64,000 nt of DNA, from NCBI GenBank assembly GCA_031548365.1, contig JAVBRD010000022.1:20250-84249 (forward strand), written 5' to 3'. Positions 17,289 through 28,736 of this stretch are shown in pieces (position 1 is the first letter of the stretch; every line of letters begins with the position of its first letter). The position numbers were made by a program, and so were the translations under genes. Source of the DNA: Eubacteriales bacterium. GTDB lineage: Bacteria > Bacillota > Clostridia > Christensenellales > UBA1750. The notes under the pieces are model-generated. The model had not been told where the DNA came from and ran no database searches. It saw only the letters and a program-made list of their open reading frames with translations.

Positions 17289-19667
17289 ATGCGTACACCG
17301 CTTCATTGGCTAGGCCGTTATGTTCAAATTGAAGATGTTTCGCTCGTTGAGCTTTGCGAAAAAATGGTGGGTGTCGGCCTTGAAATTGAGGAAATTGAAA
17401 GGCCCGACGATGAGATCGACCGTGTGGTCGTGGGCCGCGTCAGTGCCATCCGCCGTCATGAAAACTCCGACAAGCTCTGGATCTGCGATATAGACGCGGG
17501 AGAGATGATCCAGATTGTGACCGGCGCGCAGAACGTCACCGCAGGCGCGCTCATTCCGGTAGCGCTTGACGGCGCCACGCTTCCGGGCGGAAAAAAAATC
17601 GTGACCGGCATGCTGCGCGGCGTGCTGTCCCAGGGCATGCTGTGTTCGGGTGAGGAGCTGGGCGTCTCCAAGGACGTTTATCCATATGATGACGGTATCC
17701 TGATATTCCGCGAGGAGCACGCGATCGGCGCGGATGTTAAGCCCCTCCTCGGCATTCATGGCCCCATCGTCGACTTCGGCGTGACCGCCAACCGCCCCGA
17801 TTGCCAGTGTGTGCTGGGTCTTGCGCGGGAGGCGTCCGTCGCGCTAAGAAAGCCGTTCACGCCTCCGGTCGGAACGACAAAAGAAGCCGCCGGTGAGGAT
17901 GTGGGCGCATTTGCGCGCGTGGACATCGAAGCGCCCGACCTCTGTCCGCGGTACATGGCGCGCGTTGTGCGCAACATCAAGATCGCGCCATCGCCCGATT
18001 GGATGAGGCAAGCGCTGGCCGCGGCGGGCGTGCGGCCCATCAATAACATTGTGGACATCACCAACTTCGTGATGCTTGAGATGGGTCATCCCATGCACGC
18101 GTTTGATCTTTCCAACGTGAACGGAGGCCACATCATCGTGCGCCGGGCGCGCGAGGGAGAAGCGCTGCGCACGCTGGACGGCATCGAACGCAAACTGAGC
18201 ACTTCCATGCTCGTCATCGCCGACGATTCAGGCGCAACGGGTCTTGCGGGAGTCATGGGCGGAGAAGGTTCGCAGATCGTGGACGGCACGCGCGACGTGT
18301 TGTTTGAGTGCGCGTGTTTTGACACGGCCAGCATTCGTGTCACGTCGCGCTCTCTCAACCTGCGCTCGGAGTCGTCCGCGCGCTTTGAGAAGGGCGTGTC
18401 TATACACACGCTCCCCGCGGCGCTTGAGCGTGCCGTTCAGCTCGTGGAGGAGTTGGGCGCGGGCGAAGTCGTTCGTGGCGTCATTGATGTATATCCAAAA
18501 CCCGCGCCGCACGCGCCAATCCGAACCACGCTTGACCGCATCAGCCGCCACATCGGCGTGAATATCACTGCGGACACCGCGTTGAGTATCCTGCTGTCGC
18601 TGGGTTTTGAAGCGTCGGAAATCGGCGGCGCGCTCTGTGTAACGCCACCGCCGTGGCGCCAAGACGTGTATGGCTATGCCGACATCGCCGAGGAAATTCT
18701 GAGGGTGTATGGCTACGATAACGTGCCCTCCAGCGTTCCTTCGACATCCTCTGCGGGCAAAAACACGCCGCGCAACATCTTCTACGGCAAAGTCAGAAAG
18801 CAGCTCGCGGGTATGGGTCTGTGCGAGATCAGCACCGTTTCCTTTATGAGTCCGCGTACGTCAGACAAGCTCGGGCTGGCACGAGGCGACGCACGGCGCG
18901 AGGCGATCGCGGTCCTGAACCCGCTCGGTGAGGACACATCGCTCCTGCGTACCCTTCTTTATCCGGCCATGCTCGATACGCTCGCGCTCAACCAAAGCCG
19001 TGGATCGGTCAACGCGCGCCTGTTCGAGGTCAGCAGGACGTTCACGCCCACGCAAGACGTCCTCCCCGACGAAAAAAACGTACTTTGCTTCGGAATGGTG
19101 GGCGAGGGCGCGGACTTCTTCGCGCTCAAGTCGGCCGTGGACACGTTGCTCGCGCTTCACCGAACGCCGGACGTGGAGTGGAGCGACGGTTGCGAGGTTT
19201 TTATGCATCCAGGCCGCAGGGCAACCGTGCTGTCGTCCGGATCCGCCATCGCCGCTGTGGGCGAGCTGCATCCCGATATCGCGGAAAAATGGGGTATCCG
19301 CGGGCGTGTCGCGATCGCTCAGCTTGATCTGGACATGCTCGAGTCACTCTCTGGCGCAACTGTCATTTTTGAGCCTATGCCCAAGTTCCCGGCCGTCGCT
19401 CGCGACATCGCGCTTGTCGTGGACGAATCCGTGACCGTGGGCGCGCTCATGAAAACCGCCAGATGCGCTGGTCGTCCGCTCATGGAGACCATAGAACTGT
19501 TTGACATCTACCGCAGCGAAGCTCTGGGCGCGTCAGTCAAGAGCGTTGCGCTCTCCATGACGTTTCGGTCGCCTGAGAAAACGCTTGTCGACGCGGAGAT
19601 CCAGCATGCCGTTGACGCCGTTCTCGCGGCGTGCAAAACCGAATACGGAGCCGTTTTGCGCACCTGA
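17289..19667 (+). CDS. pheT: Phenylalanyl-tRNA synthetase beta
   Basis: tRNA-binding OB fold, TANRPD, NNIVDITN, RFEKG, FDX-ACB C-terminus. Confidence 0.97.
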   Translation: MRTPLHWLGRYVQIEDVSLVELCEKMVGVGLEIEEIERPDDEIDRVVVGRVSAIRRHENSDKLWICDIDAGEMIQIVTGAQNVTAGALIPVALDGATLPGGKKIVTGMLRGVLSQGMLCSGEELGVSKDVYPYDDGILIFREEHAIGADVKPLLGIHGPIVDFGVTANRPDCQCVLGLAREASVALRKPFTPPVGTTKEAAGEDVGAFARVDIEAPDLCPRYMARVVRNIKIAPSPDWMRQALAAAGVRPINNIVDITNFVMLEMGHPMHAFDLSNVNGGHIIVRRAREGEALRTLDGIERKLSTSMLVIADDSGATGLAGVMGGEGSQIVDGTRDVLFECACFDTASIRVTSRSLNLRSESSARFEKGVSIHTLPAALERAVQLVEELGAGEVVRGVIDVYPKPAPHAPIRTTLDRISRHIGVNITADTALSILLSLGFEASEIGGALCVTPPPWRQDVYGYADIAEEILRVYGYDNVPSSVPSTSSAGKNTPRNIFYGKVRKQLAGMGLCEISTVSFMSPRTSDKLGLARGDARREAIAVLNPLGEDTSLLRTLLYPAMLDTLALNQSRGSVNARLFEVSRTFTPTQDVLPDEKNVLCFGMVGEGADFFALKSAVDTLLALHRTPDVEWSDGCEVFMHPGRRATVLSSGSAIAAVGELHPDIAEKWGIRGRVAIAQLDLDMLESLSGATVIFEPMPKFPAVARDIALVVDESVTVGALMKTARCAGRPLMETIELFDIYRSEALGASVKSVALSMTFRSPEKTLVDAEIQHAVDAVLAACKTEYGAVLRT

Positions 19668-19680
19668 TCGGTTCAAACAA

Positions 19681-19714
19681 AGAAACCCTTCACGGGCTAA
19701 AGTGAAGGGTTTCT
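19681..19714. terminator. Bidirectional terminator
   Basis: 13-bp stem AGAAACCCTTCAC/GTGAAGGGTTTCT between convergent genes. Confidence 0.8.
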
Positions 19715-19730
19715 CTGTGCGTAGCGCGCG

Positions 19731-20747
19731 TTATTTTCTCAAGTCATGCGCCGCCTTGATCATGGCGAAGTAGCCGTCGTCGGGGACGTAGTACGGCACG
19801 CTGTTGCCCGTGCCAAGCGCGTAACCTCCGCATTGCATGCCGCGCTCCAGCATCTTGCGGGAGCGGGCATGGACGGCGTCGGGGGATTTGGTGCATACGT
19901 AGTCGACATCGATTCCTCCGAGAACCGCGATGCGTCCCTTGAGCTGCTCATACGCGGTCTCGATGGGTGTGATGTTGTCTTCATAGGAATGCCGCGCGTC
20001 ATACCCCATGGCGATGACGTCCTCGATGATTGCGTCGTAGCGGCCGCAGGAGTGCAGAATGACGGGGAAGCCATGGTCGTGGGCGAGCGTGACGATGGCT
20101 TCGTGCCAAGGGAAGACGTACTTGCGCATGTCGGAGGGAGCGAGCATGGTCTGCTGATTGAACCCCCAGTCGTCATTGCTGATGACCGCGCCAACGGCCG
20201 GATGATGAATGTATTGTTCGTAGTAGCGGTAGAGAGTGGAGCCGACATTGTCAAAAATCAGCTTTACGAGTTCAGGGTCTTCATAGAGCATGAAGCAGAG
20301 GTTGTCGTATCCCACGAGCTGGATGACGTTTTCGAGCACGCCGCCGGGCCCGTACAGGATGACTTTCATGCCGCCGGGAAGAAGCAGTTGGGCATCGTCG
20401 AGGTTTACGGGAGGATAATCCGCGGGATTGGGCCAAACGTAGTTGTCAAAGCTTTTTCGGTCGGTGATGAGCGCGCCTTCGTTGAGCGATTTGGTTTTTT
20501 CACTGTGCACCGCGCCGCTCTTGAACCGAAAATCCGAGCCGTGAAGCGTCACGTAGTCGTAGCCGGCGTTTTTGTAGGCCATGATGTGTGTGCGCCGTGC
20601 GGCAAGCCGGTCGGTCATGGAGCTGATCTGAGGCCCTGCGATGCGCTTGTACAGCTCGGTGTGCAGAAAGAACTCAAAGAGCACGGGCCGGTCGGGGATG
20701 CCTCCGTTGAGAACGGTCAAGAGCTGGTCAAAGTCAGGCTTGAACAC
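19731..20747 (-). CDS. Second URO-D family protein
   Basis: [33 protein letters not shown]. Confidence 0.85.
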   Translation of the reverse strand: MFKPDFDQLLTVLNGGIPDRPVLFEFFLHTELYKRIAGPQISSMTDRLAARRTHIMAYKNAGYDYVTLHGSDFRFKSGAVHSEKTKSLNEGALITDRKSFDNYVWPNPADYPPVNLDDAQLLLPGGMKVILYGPGGVLENVIQLVGYDNLCFMLYEDPELVKLIFDNVGSTLYRYYEQYIHHPAVGAVISNDDWGFNQQTMLAPSDMRKYVFPWHEAIVTLAHDHGFPVILHSCGRYDAIIEDVIAMGYDARHSYEDNITPIETAYEQLKGRIAVLGGIDVDYVCTKSPDAVHARSRKMLERGMQCGGYALGTGNSVPYYVPDDGYFAMIKAAHDLRK

Positions 20748-20766
20748 CGACAACACTCCCAAATAA

Positions 20767-20814
20767 GAAAATTTGTTCTCACACCTATGCATAAAAATGA
20801 GGATGTGCTATACT
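20767..20814 (+). promoter_or_regulatory. Putative LexA (SOS) box and extended -10 of uvrB
   Basis: GAAAATTTGTTC (20767-20778), one mismatch from GAAC-N4-GTTC; TGCTATACT at 20806-20814. Confidence 0.5.
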
Positions 20815-20837
20815 GTTTCGCGAACGGAGGTGCGCTT

Positions 20838-22853
20838 GTGGATCAGTTTGTTCTGAAGTCGAAATATTCGCCGAGCGGCGACCAACCCCAAGCCATCGAG
20901 AAACTGGTCGAGGGTCTCAAGCGCGGCGACAGGCACCAGGTGTTGCTTGGCGCGACCGGTACGGGCAAAACGTTCACCATGGCCAACATCATCGAGCGCG
21001 TGCAGCGCCCGGCTCTGGTCATTGCCCATAACAAGACGCTTGCCGCGCAGCTTTGCGCGGAGTTTAAGGAACTGTTTCCGGACAGCGCGGTCGAGTACTT
21101 CGTCAGCTATTATGACTACTACCAGCCCGAGGCGTACATCCCGTCGTCCGACACCTACATAGAGAAGGACTCGTCCATCAATGAGGAGATCGACAAGCTG
21201 CGCCACAGCGCGACCGCCGCGCTCACCGAGCGCAGGGATGTGGTGATTGTTGCGTCCGTGTCCTGTATCTACTCGCTGGGCGATCCCGACGAGTACCGCG
21301 CGCTCACGCTCTCCCTGCGCGAGGGGCAGAAGCGCGAGCGGGATGAGCTCCTCAACGAGTTGGTCAACATTCAGTACGAACGTAACGATTTTGATTTTCA
21401 GCGCGGCACGTTCCGCGTACGCGGGGACACGGTGGAGATCGCGCCCATCGGCGACTTTGACAAAGCGCTTCGCGTTGAGTTCTTTGGCGATGAGATCGAG
21501 AAAATCAGCGAGATTGACACAACGACCGGGCACGCGCTCAAGAGGCTCAAGCACGCGCTGGTATTTCCCGCGACGCACTACGCGACCACGCGCGAGAGCA
21601 TGGACGCGGCTGTCGGCCTGATTGAGGCGGACATGGAGGCGCGTGTTCGAGAACTGACGCAGGATGAGCGGCTGGTCGAGGCGCAACGGCTTCGCCAGCG
21701 TACAACGTACGATATTGAGATGATCCGCGAGATCGGCTACTGCTCTGGCATTGAGAACTATTCCCGGTACTTTGACGGCCGGAAACCGGGCGATGCGCCC
21801 TTCACGCTCATCAGCTATTTCCCCGATGACTTCATCGTCATGATCGACGAGTCTCACCAGAGTATACCGCAGATTCGCGCAATGTACAACGGCGACCGTG
21901 CGCGCAAGGAGATGCTGGTCGACTACGGCTTCCGTCTGCCCTCCGCGTTTGACAACCGCCCGCTCCGATTCTCGGAGTTTGAGGCGCGCGTCAAGCAATG
22001 CATCTACGTCTCCGCGACGCCCGGCCCTTACGAGCTGGGTCTGGCGCAGCAAGTCGCGCAGCAGATCATCCGCCCTACAGGTCTGATCGACCCGGAGATC
22101 ATCGTGCGACCCGCGCGCGGCCAGGTCGACGACCTGTACGGCGAGATTCGAGGCGTGATTGACGCAGGCAACCGCGTGCTTGTGACCACGCTGACCAAGC
22201 GCATGGCAGAAAACCTGACGCAGTATTTTAAGGAGATGGGACTGCGCGTCAAGTACCTGCATTCCGACGTTCAGACGCTGGAGCGCCTTGAAATCATCCG
22301 CGATTTGCGCCTTGGCGCGTTTGATGTCCTCGTTGGGATCAACCTTTTGCGTGAAGGGCTTGACTTACCCGAAGTGTCGCTCGTCGCCATCCTCGACGCG
22401 GATAAAGAGGGGTTTCTGCGCTCGGAGACATCGCTCGTTCAGACCATTGGCCGCGCGGCACGCAACGTGGGCGGGCGCGTGATCATGTACGCCGACGCGA
22501 TCACCAACTCCATGGAACGAGCCATCGCGGAGACCAACCGTCGTCGCGAGGTGCAGATGGCGTACAACATTGAGCACAACATCACGCCCGCAACCATCCG
22601 AAAGGCTGTCGCGGAGCTGCTCATGGTTTCGAGCGACGCCGCGGCGGACACACGCAGCGTACCCGTGGATGACGATGAAAAGCAGGAAGCGCTCGCGCGA
22701 CTTGAAGAGCAGATGGTACAGGCGGCCGCTCAGCTCGACTTTGAAAAGGCGGCCAAGGTGCGCGACCAGATCTACAAACTCAAGGGCGAAGACGTTGTCG
22801 CCCAGAAGGAACAGCGCAAACGAAGGCCTGTCAGGCGCAAGTCGCCATACTGA
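20838..22853 (+). CDS. uvrB: Excinuclease ABC subunit B
   Basis: [33 protein letters not shown]; GTG start after GGAGG. Confidence 0.97.
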   Translation: MDQFVLKSKYSPSGDQPQAIEKLVEGLKRGDRHQVLLGATGTGKTFTMANIIERVQRPALVIAHNKTLAAQLCAEFKELFPDSAVEYFVSYYDYYQPEAYIPSSDTYIEKDSSINEEIDKLRHSATAALTERRDVVIVASVSCIYSLGDPDEYRALTLSLREGQKRERDELLNELVNIQYERNDFDFQRGTFRVRGDTVEIAPIGDFDKALRVEFFGDEIEKISEIDTTTGHALKRLKHALVFPATHYATTRESMDAAVGLIEADMEARVRELTQDERLVEAQRLRQRTTYDIEMIREIGYCSGIENYSRYFDGRKPGDAPFTLISYFPDDFIVMIDESHQSIPQIRAMYNGDRARKEMLVDYGFRLPSAFDNRPLRFSEFEARVKQCIYVSATPGPYELGLAQQVAQQIIRPTGLIDPEIIVRPARGQVDDLYGEIRGVIDAGNRVLVTTLTKRMAENLTQYFKEMGLRVKYLHSDVQTLERLEIIRDLRLGAFDVLVGINLLREGLDLPEVSLVAILDADKEGFLRSETSLVQTIGRAARNVGGRVIMYADAITNSMERAIAETNRRREVQMAYNIEHNITPATIRKAVAELLMVSSDAAADTRSVPVDDDEKQEALARLEEQMVQAAAQLDFEKAAKVRDQIYKLKGEDVVAQKEQRKRRPVRRKSPY

Positions 22854-22878
22854 AAGTGCGTGAACGGCAAAAGGGAGA

Positions 22879-23115
22879 TTGAGAATGACGAAGGATGTAA
22901 GGCGCGCGATTAACAACCTGGTGCCGGGCATCGGACTTCAGAGGATGGATACCGTTGAAGCCGAGGACCACGAGTTGTCGCTACTCCTGCAGGCGGAACA
23001 GATACGTCTGCTGACGTCGATTGATCATACGGTGCGGTTCTTTAAGGATTTGCTCATTGCGCTGCTTGCGCTGGGCGTGGTCAGCGGTATCATCGCGTTT
23101 TTCATTTTGAGGTAA
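22879..23115 (+). CDS. Small hypothetical protein with C-terminal TM helix
   Basis: SD GGGAG; hydrophobic tail LLIALLALGVVSGIIAFFIL. Confidence 0.55.
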   Translation: MRMTKDVRRAINNLVPGIGLQRMDTVEAEDHELSLLLQAEQIRLLTSIDHTVRFFKDLLIALLALGVVSGIIAFFILR

Positions 23116-23478
23116 AAAAGCTGTACGCGTGGATGAAAGAGAGAGTTGCCGCCCTCGAGCGGCCACCCAGCCGTGTCAATCAGGTGCGATCGCTTCGCGA
23201 GCTACGCGGACTGCGGAGTTGAGCCATGCAGATGAGCCGCGGTTTCACATTCCGAGGAGCAGCCAAATGTTGACGGCCTGTCGCTCGGACCGTACGGCGC
23301 TTTGCGTGCACAGACGGTGTTGCAGAGCTCTCGAAGACCGTGTGGGAGCGCTGGAGAGCTGGCCCATATTTGCACGTGGTATTCCCGTCCCCGGCGTGGC
23401 TTTCCGGAAACGAAGCGTTCCCGCTTGTCCGCTCCTTCGCATCCATTCGTCCTCCATACTGACGACTAAAGGGGTTTT

Positions 23479-26331
23479 TTGACTTTGCACGATCAGATCG
23501 TGATCCGCGGCGCGCGGGAGAACAATCTCAAAAACGTCGACCTTGCGATTCCGAGGGACAAGCTGGTCGTGATGACCGGCCTTTCAGGGTCGGGCAAATC
23601 CTCCCTCGCGTTTGACACGCTGTACGCCGAAGGACAGCGGCGGTACGTTGAGTCGCTCTCATCCTACGCACGGCAGTTCCTTGGGCAGATGGACAAGCCC
23701 GATGTAGATGCGATCGAAGGGCTGTCACCCGCGATCTCCATCGATCAAAAGACGACCAGCCGTAACCCGCGCTCAACCGTTGGCACGGTCACGGAGATCC
23801 ACGATTATCTGCGCCTTTTGTACGCGCGGGTGGGTGTGCCGCATTGTCCTGAGTGCGGCAAGGAGATCAGGCAACAGACGGTCGATCAAATGGTTGACCA
23901 CATCATGAGTTTTCCGGAAGGCACGCGGCTCCAGATTCTCGCTCCGGTTGTTCGCGGACGCAAGGGCGAGTATGTCAAGCAGATGGAGGACATGCGCAAG
24001 CAGGGCTTTACGCGCGCGCGTATCGACGGCGCGATGGTGGAGCTGGACGGGGAAATCCCGCGCATGGAGAAACAGAAGAAGCACGATATCGCGGTGGTCG
24101 TCGATCGCGTGGTGGTACGGGTCAATGCCGGGCGGCGTATCGCCGATTCACTGGAGACCGCGCTCAAACTCGCCGAAGGGCTGGTGCTCGCCGACTTGGG
24201 CGAGCACGGAGAGCACATGTTTTCGGCGAACTATTCGTGCCCGGATTGCAACGTCAGCATCGAGGAGCTTCAACCGCGCATGTTTTCCTTCAACAGCCCG
24301 TTTGGCGCGTGTCAGATGTGTTCGGGGCTTGGCGTGCAGATGAAAATCGACCCGGCGCTCGTGGTACCGGACGAGAGCAAATCCATCCGTGAGGACGCGA
24401 TCATGGCGCCCGGATGGACGTGGAGCAGCTCGGACGACTACACCTCCATCGCGACAGCGATGTTCACCGCGCTCGGTGAAGCTTACGGTTTTTCTGTGGA
24501 AACGCCGTGGCGAGATCTGCCCCAAATGGCCAAGGATGTGCTTTTGTACGGCACCAAAGGCGAAAAAGTGACGGTTGAGTACCAAAGAGAGAACGGCACG
24601 GGCAAGTACTCCACCGCGTTCGAAGGCGTTGTGATCAGCCTTGAGCGCCGATACCAGCAAACCAGCTCCGAGGGCATGAAGATGGAGTATCAGTCGTACA
24701 TGTCCGAGGTGCCCTGCCCCGCGTGCCAAGGCAAGCGCTTGAAGAAGGAGAGCCTCGCGGTCACGGTGGGCGGAAAGAACATCGCGGACGCGTCGAGACT
24801 GCCCATTTTGCAGTCGCGTGAATTTTTTGCGGGGCTGTCGTTCAGCGAAAAAGAAACAATCATCGCGCAAGGGATCATGAAGGAAATCAATGCGCGCCTC
24901 GGTTTTTTGATAGATGTCGGGCTTGATTACCTGACGCTCTCGCGCGCGGCGGGGACGCTCTCCGGCGGTGAGGCGCAGCGTATACGGCTGGCTACGCAGA
25001 TCGGATCCCATTTGGTTGGCGTTCTGTACATTCTAGACGAGCCGAGCATCGGCCTTCACCAGCGGGACAACGCAAAATTACTGGTCACGCTCAAGCGATT
25101 GCGCGATCTGGGCAACACGTTGGTTGTGGTTGAGCATGATGAGGACACCATGATGCAGGCCGATTATATTGTTGACATCGGCCCCGGCGCGGGCGAGCAC
25201 GGGGGGGCTGTCGTTGCCCAAGGCACCGCTGAAGAGATCATGGCGTGTGGAGCGTCGATCACGGGGCAGTACTTGTCCGGAAAGAAATACATCCCCATTC
25301 CCCGAGAGCGGCGGAAACCGCTTGGCAAACTGGTCATACGCGGCGCGCGCGCGAATAACCTCACCGACATTGATGTGGAGATCCCCTTAGGCATCATGGT
25401 CGCGGTCACGGGCGTTTCGGGTTCGGGCAAGTCGAGCCTCATCAACGAAATCCTGAAGAAAGCGCTCCTGCGCGACCTCAACCGCGCGCACTGCAGGCCG
25501 GGCGCGCACGAGTGCATTGAGGGCATCGAGCAGCTCGACAAGGTCATCGACATTGACCAGTCGCCCATCGGACGCACGCCGCGTTCCAATCCTGCGACAT
25601 ACACGGGCATGTTCGACATCATCCGCGACGTATTCGCCGCGACGACAGACGCGCGAGCGCGCGGATACAAGAACGGCCGCTTCTCCTTTAACGTCAAGGG
25701 CGGGCGGTGCGAGGCGTGCGGAGGGGACGGCATCATTAAGATCGAAATGCACTTTTTGCCCGATGTGTACGTTCCGTGCGAAGTGTGCAAAGGCGCGCGG
25801 TACAACCGTGAAACCCTGGAGGTCAAGTACAAAGGCAAGTCCATCGCGGAAGTGCTGGACATGCGGGTTGAGGAGGCGCTGCACTTCTTCGGCTCGCTTC
25901 CGCGAATCGCGACGCGGCTTCAGACGCTCTACGATGTCGGACTTGGGTACATCAAGCTCGGGCATGCGTCCACCAATCTCTCGGGCGGAGAGGCGCAGCG
26001 CGTCAAGCTGGCGACTGAGCTTGCGCGCAGGTCGACAGGGCGCACACTCTACATCCTTGACGAGCCCACGACTGGCCTTCACATGGCGGACGTGGACAAG
26101 CTTATCGAGATCCTTCGGCGCTTGACGGATGGCGGGAACACGGTGGTCGTCATTGAGCACAATCTCGACGTCATCAAGACAGCCGACACGATCATCGACC
26201 TTGGGCCGGAGGGTGGCGACCGTGGCGGGCGCGTCGTCGCGACGGGCACGCCGGAGGAGATCGCGAATGTCGATGAGAGCTACACGGGGCAGTTCCTCAA
26301 GCGCGTTCTCGCCGCGCATGAGCGTGAGTAA
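23479..26331 (+). CDS. uvrA: Excinuclease ABC subunit A
   Basis: Two Walker A motifs ([16 protein letters not shown]), LSGGEAQR twice, zinc fingers. Confidence 0.97.
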   Translation: MTLHDQIVIRGARENNLKNVDLAIPRDKLVVMTGLSGSGKSSLAFDTLYAEGQRRYVESLSSYARQFLGQMDKPDVDAIEGLSPAISIDQKTTSRNPRSTVGTVTEIHDYLRLLYARVGVPHCPECGKEIRQQTVDQMVDHIMSFPEGTRLQILAPVVRGRKGEYVKQMEDMRKQGFTRARIDGAMVELDGEIPRMEKQKKHDIAVVVDRVVVRVNAGRRIADSLETALKLAEGLVLADLGEHGEHMFSANYSCPDCNVSIEELQPRMFSFNSPFGACQMCSGLGVQMKIDPALVVPDESKSIREDAIMAPGWTWSSSDDYTSIATAMFTALGEAYGFSVETPWRDLPQMAKDVLLYGTKGEKVTVEYQRENGTGKYSTAFEGVVISLERRYQQTSSEGMKMEYQSYMSEVPCPACQGKRLKKESLAVTVGGKNIADASRLPILQSREFFAGLSFSEKETIIAQGIMKEINARLGFLIDVGLDYLTLSRAAGTLSGGEAQRIRLATQIGSHLVGVLYILDEPSIGLHQRDNAKLLVTLKRLRDLGNTLVVVEHDEDTMMQADYIVDIGPGAGEHGGAVVAQGTAEEIMACGASITGQYLSGKKYIPIPRERRKPLGKLVIRGARANNLTDIDVEIPLGIMVAVTGVSGSGKSSLINEILKKALLRDLNRAHCRPGAHECIEGIEQLDKVIDIDQSPIGRTPRSNPATYTGMFDIIRDVFAATTDARARGYKNGRFSFNVKGGRCEACGGDGIIKIEMHFLPDVYVPCEVCKGARYNRETLEVKYKGKSIAEVLDMRVEEALHFFGSLPRIATRLQTLYDVGLGYIKLGHASTNLSGGEAQRVKLATELARRSTGRTLYILDEPTTGLHMADVDKLIEILRRLTDGGNTVVVIEHNLDVIKTADTIIDLGPEGGDRGGRVVATGTPEEIANVDESYTGQFLKRVLAAHERE

Positions 26332-26692
26332 CCGCGTCGTCCGTCTCTTTGTGCGCGCGGATGATGGGCTAGTGGCGGAGTATGCCGCAGAGCTCGCGGA
26401 GGACTACGGCGTTTTACGCTTTACTTGGCGCGACGACGGATGGTCGACGCTTGTGGTGTGCGCGAGCGGTGCGCTTTTGTCACGGCGCGGTGAGGTGTCG
26501 ATGGATCTTGCGCTTGAGCTTGGCAAAAGCACTAGCGGACGAATTGCTGTGGGCGGGGGAGAGCTTGAGCTTGCGGTGGAGACGACCGCGTTTGCTCGCG
26601 GCGCTGGTTCGATGAGCGTGTCGTACCGCATGTTGATTTCGGGTGAAGCGCAGGAACGCCGTCTTGAGATTTGCTGGGATGAGCGCAAGTGA
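26324..26692 (+). CDS. DUF1934 (YwiB-like) family protein
   Basis: All-beta pattern with R.GEVSM.L.LE.G..T...G.L.L.V.T; overlaps the uvrA stop. Confidence 0.55.
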   Translation: MSNRVVRLFVRADDGLVAEYAAELAEDYGVLRFTWRDDGWSTLVVCASGALLSRRGEVSMDLALELGKSTSGRIAVGGGELELAVETTAFARGAGSMSVSYRMLISGEAQERRLEICWDERK

Positions 26693-27242
26693 GCGGCAGA
26701 ACCTCAAACAAGCGCTGCTGGATTGCCTGAGCCTGTGTTTGGACGGCACGCCGGCGGTTCTTTATTCAGTTGAGCCAGAAACCGGGTGCTTGTTTCGCTT
26801 GGACAGGCGCGCTGTGGGCGCGCGATCCGAAGCGATATGCGCCACGCTCGAGTCCGAGGGATGGCGGTGCGCGGTCACGCCGGGCGGGAGCGTTGACGTC
26901 GGGGTGACGATACGACGCATCGCCCCGTCGGTGGGCGCGCCAGAGGACGTCGCGGCGCATGTTGTCCGCGCGTACTCATTGTTGATCGGCGCAGAGGAAT
27001 CCTTTTCGGACATGAGACGCGCGCGCGTGTCGCTCGCACAGGACGCAATGCGTTCGGCGCGAGCGGTTGCGCTCAGGCGTAAAACCGGTTTGGATGCATG
27101 CCGGGCGGTTCTTGAGGGCAGGTTATGGAAAGAACTTGTCAGTCAGGAGTGCTCCCATGAAAATCAAGGAAATCATGAACTCAAGCGTCGTATCGGCTCA
27201 GCCGGAGACGACGGTACTGGAAGCGGCAAAACAGATGCATAG
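26679..27242 (+). CDS. Hypothetical protein (possible ArgRS N-domain-like remnant)
   Basis: Coupled to the DUF1934 gene; its 3' end overlaps the CBS gene by 86 bp, so the true end is uncertain. Confidence 0.4.
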   Translation: MSASERQNLKQALLDCLSLCLDGTPAVLYSVEPETGCLFRLDRRAVGARSEAICATLESEGWRCAVTPGGSVDVGVTIRRIAPSVGAPEDVAAHVVRAYSLLIGAEESFSDMRRARVSLAQDAMRSARAVALRRKTGLDACRAVLEGRLWKELVSQECSHENQGNHELKRRIGSAGDDGTGSGKTDA

Positions 27243-27567
27243 CCACGATATCGGCGCGCTGCCGGTGATTGCGCGCACCGGTGAGTTGGTAGGTATTGTC
27301 ACCGACCGCGACATCGTCATCCGAGGCGTAGCCGGCGGAGCATGCATGAGCACGGCGGTTGAAGCGGTGATGACGCGCGATGTCGTCTGTGCTTCACCTG
27401 AAGAGGAGGCATCCTCTGTGCTGCGGCATATGGCGGAAAGGCGCGTCCGCAGAATGCCCGTAGCTGAGAACGGCAAAGTTGTGGGGATGGTTTCGCTCGG
27501 TGACTTTGCGCGTTTGAGCGCGACGGACACATCAGCCGGTTTCGCGCTGGGCAAAATAACCGGTTAG
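27157..27567 (+). CDS. Tandem CBS-domain protein (YhcV-like)
   Basis: IGALPV, GIVTDRDIVIR, VRRMPV, GMVSLGD; SD AGGAG. Confidence 0.9.
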   Translation: MKIKEIMNSSVVSAQPETTVLEAAKQMHSHDIGALPVIARTGELVGIVTDRDIVIRGVAGGACMSTAVEAVMTRDVVCASPEEEASSVLRHMAERRVRRMPVAENGKVVGMVSLGDFARLSATDTSAGFALGKITG

Positions 27568-27655
27568 CGCTATGTCCCGGTCCACTCCCGCTCTTGAAGT
27601 ACGTGCGCGCATCTGGTACAATACGGCACAGACTTTAATGACAGGACGGGATTAT

Positions 27656-28612
27656 ATGCCATCAAATATAGCGCAGGACATGGGTTGGAAAGATGAAAGC
27701 GGCGCTGTTTACGGAAAACACGACGGTGTTCTTTACACCATGCGAAACGTCTATCACTCAAGATACGACACACGGACCCACCTGACGATTCTGTTACCGA
27801 GAGTCACGGAGGAACAGCGCGAGGCGTTTGTGCAGGAAATGAGCGAAAGACGCAAGGAATGGCGGCACAACGGTGTGACATTCAATGGTGACGAGTGTGA
27901 TATCGATACGGGTACCATATACCGAAAGGCGTTTTCGGGCAGACCCAAGGTCGATGAACTCAAAGCTTTTTTATCGCATGTTTCGGGGTACATCAAAGAA
28001 CAAAGGCTGAGCCAAGCGAGCGCGTGCTACGTGTGCGGCGCGGAGGGCGCGGACGCGTACGCGCTGCGCGGGGCCACAATCGCGCATATACATGACGCTT
28101 GTTACGACAGGCTCGTTTCCGATGTCAGCGAGCAAAAGGCCAAGTACAAGTCGGCCAGTGGCAAAGGTTATCTCGGCGGTCTGCTCGTGGCCATCCTGAT
28201 CGGGTTGGTCGGCGCGGCGCTCCACACCGTTTTGTATCCGTTCCTAACCGAGTACATCGAGCTTGGCGGCTTGTCCGCGCTCTTGATCGGCTGGGGAGTA
28301 GCGCTCGGGTATCGCGCGGGCGGCGGAAAAGCCGGGCCGATGACTTTCCTCGTCCTGCTCCTCGCTTGGGCGGCATCCTTTGTGATGTTCGCGTTCGTCT
28401 TTGATACGGTGTATTTCCTCTATCAAGAGGGTGAGCGGATCTCTGTCGCCAACATCATACAGGTGAATGCGGACTGGGGATTTGAGAACATGCTGCCTTT
28501 TCTGTTGTTCAACGCGCTGTTCTCGGTCGGCGCGATGGTATCTGGCTTCATCTGGATCCGGGAGAAAGCAAAGGGTGTTTTGCCCTTCAAGGTCAAACGC
28601 ATCGCAGCCTAA
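27656..28612 (+). CDS. Hypothetical membrane protein with putative zinc finger
   Basis: CYVC..HIHDAC followed by four TM segments; promoter TTGAAG-17 bp-TACAAT at 27594-27622. Confidence 0.7.
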   Translation: MPSNIAQDMGWKDESGAVYGKHDGVLYTMRNVYHSRYDTRTHLTILLPRVTEEQREAFVQEMSERRKEWRHNGVTFNGDECDIDTGTIYRKAFSGRPKVDELKAFLSHVSGYIKEQRLSQASACYVCGAEGADAYALRGATIAHIHDACYDRLVSDVSEQKAKYKSASGKGYLGGLLVAILIGLVGAALHTVLYPFLTEYIELGGLSALLIGWGVALGYRAGGGKAGPMTFLVLLLAWAASFVMFAFVFDTVYFLYQEGERISVANIIQVNADWGFENMLPFLLFNALFSVGAMVSGFIWIREKAKGVLPFKVKRIAA

Positions 28613-28736
28613 TGCGTGCGCTAAACAGCTTTTGCTCGGTTTCGGGTCGGACCACGAACCTCTCGCCGGAAGTCCATGTTTGGGAAGTGCACCCACACGA
28701 ACACAAAGCAGCCCGGAGGTGATGTCCCAGGCTGCT

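Noticed and set aside
19746-22853. 1035-aa 'extended UvrB' fusion
   Set aside because: The first 364 codons are an open antisense frame of the URO-D gene; uvrB has its own promoter, SD and GTG at 20838.
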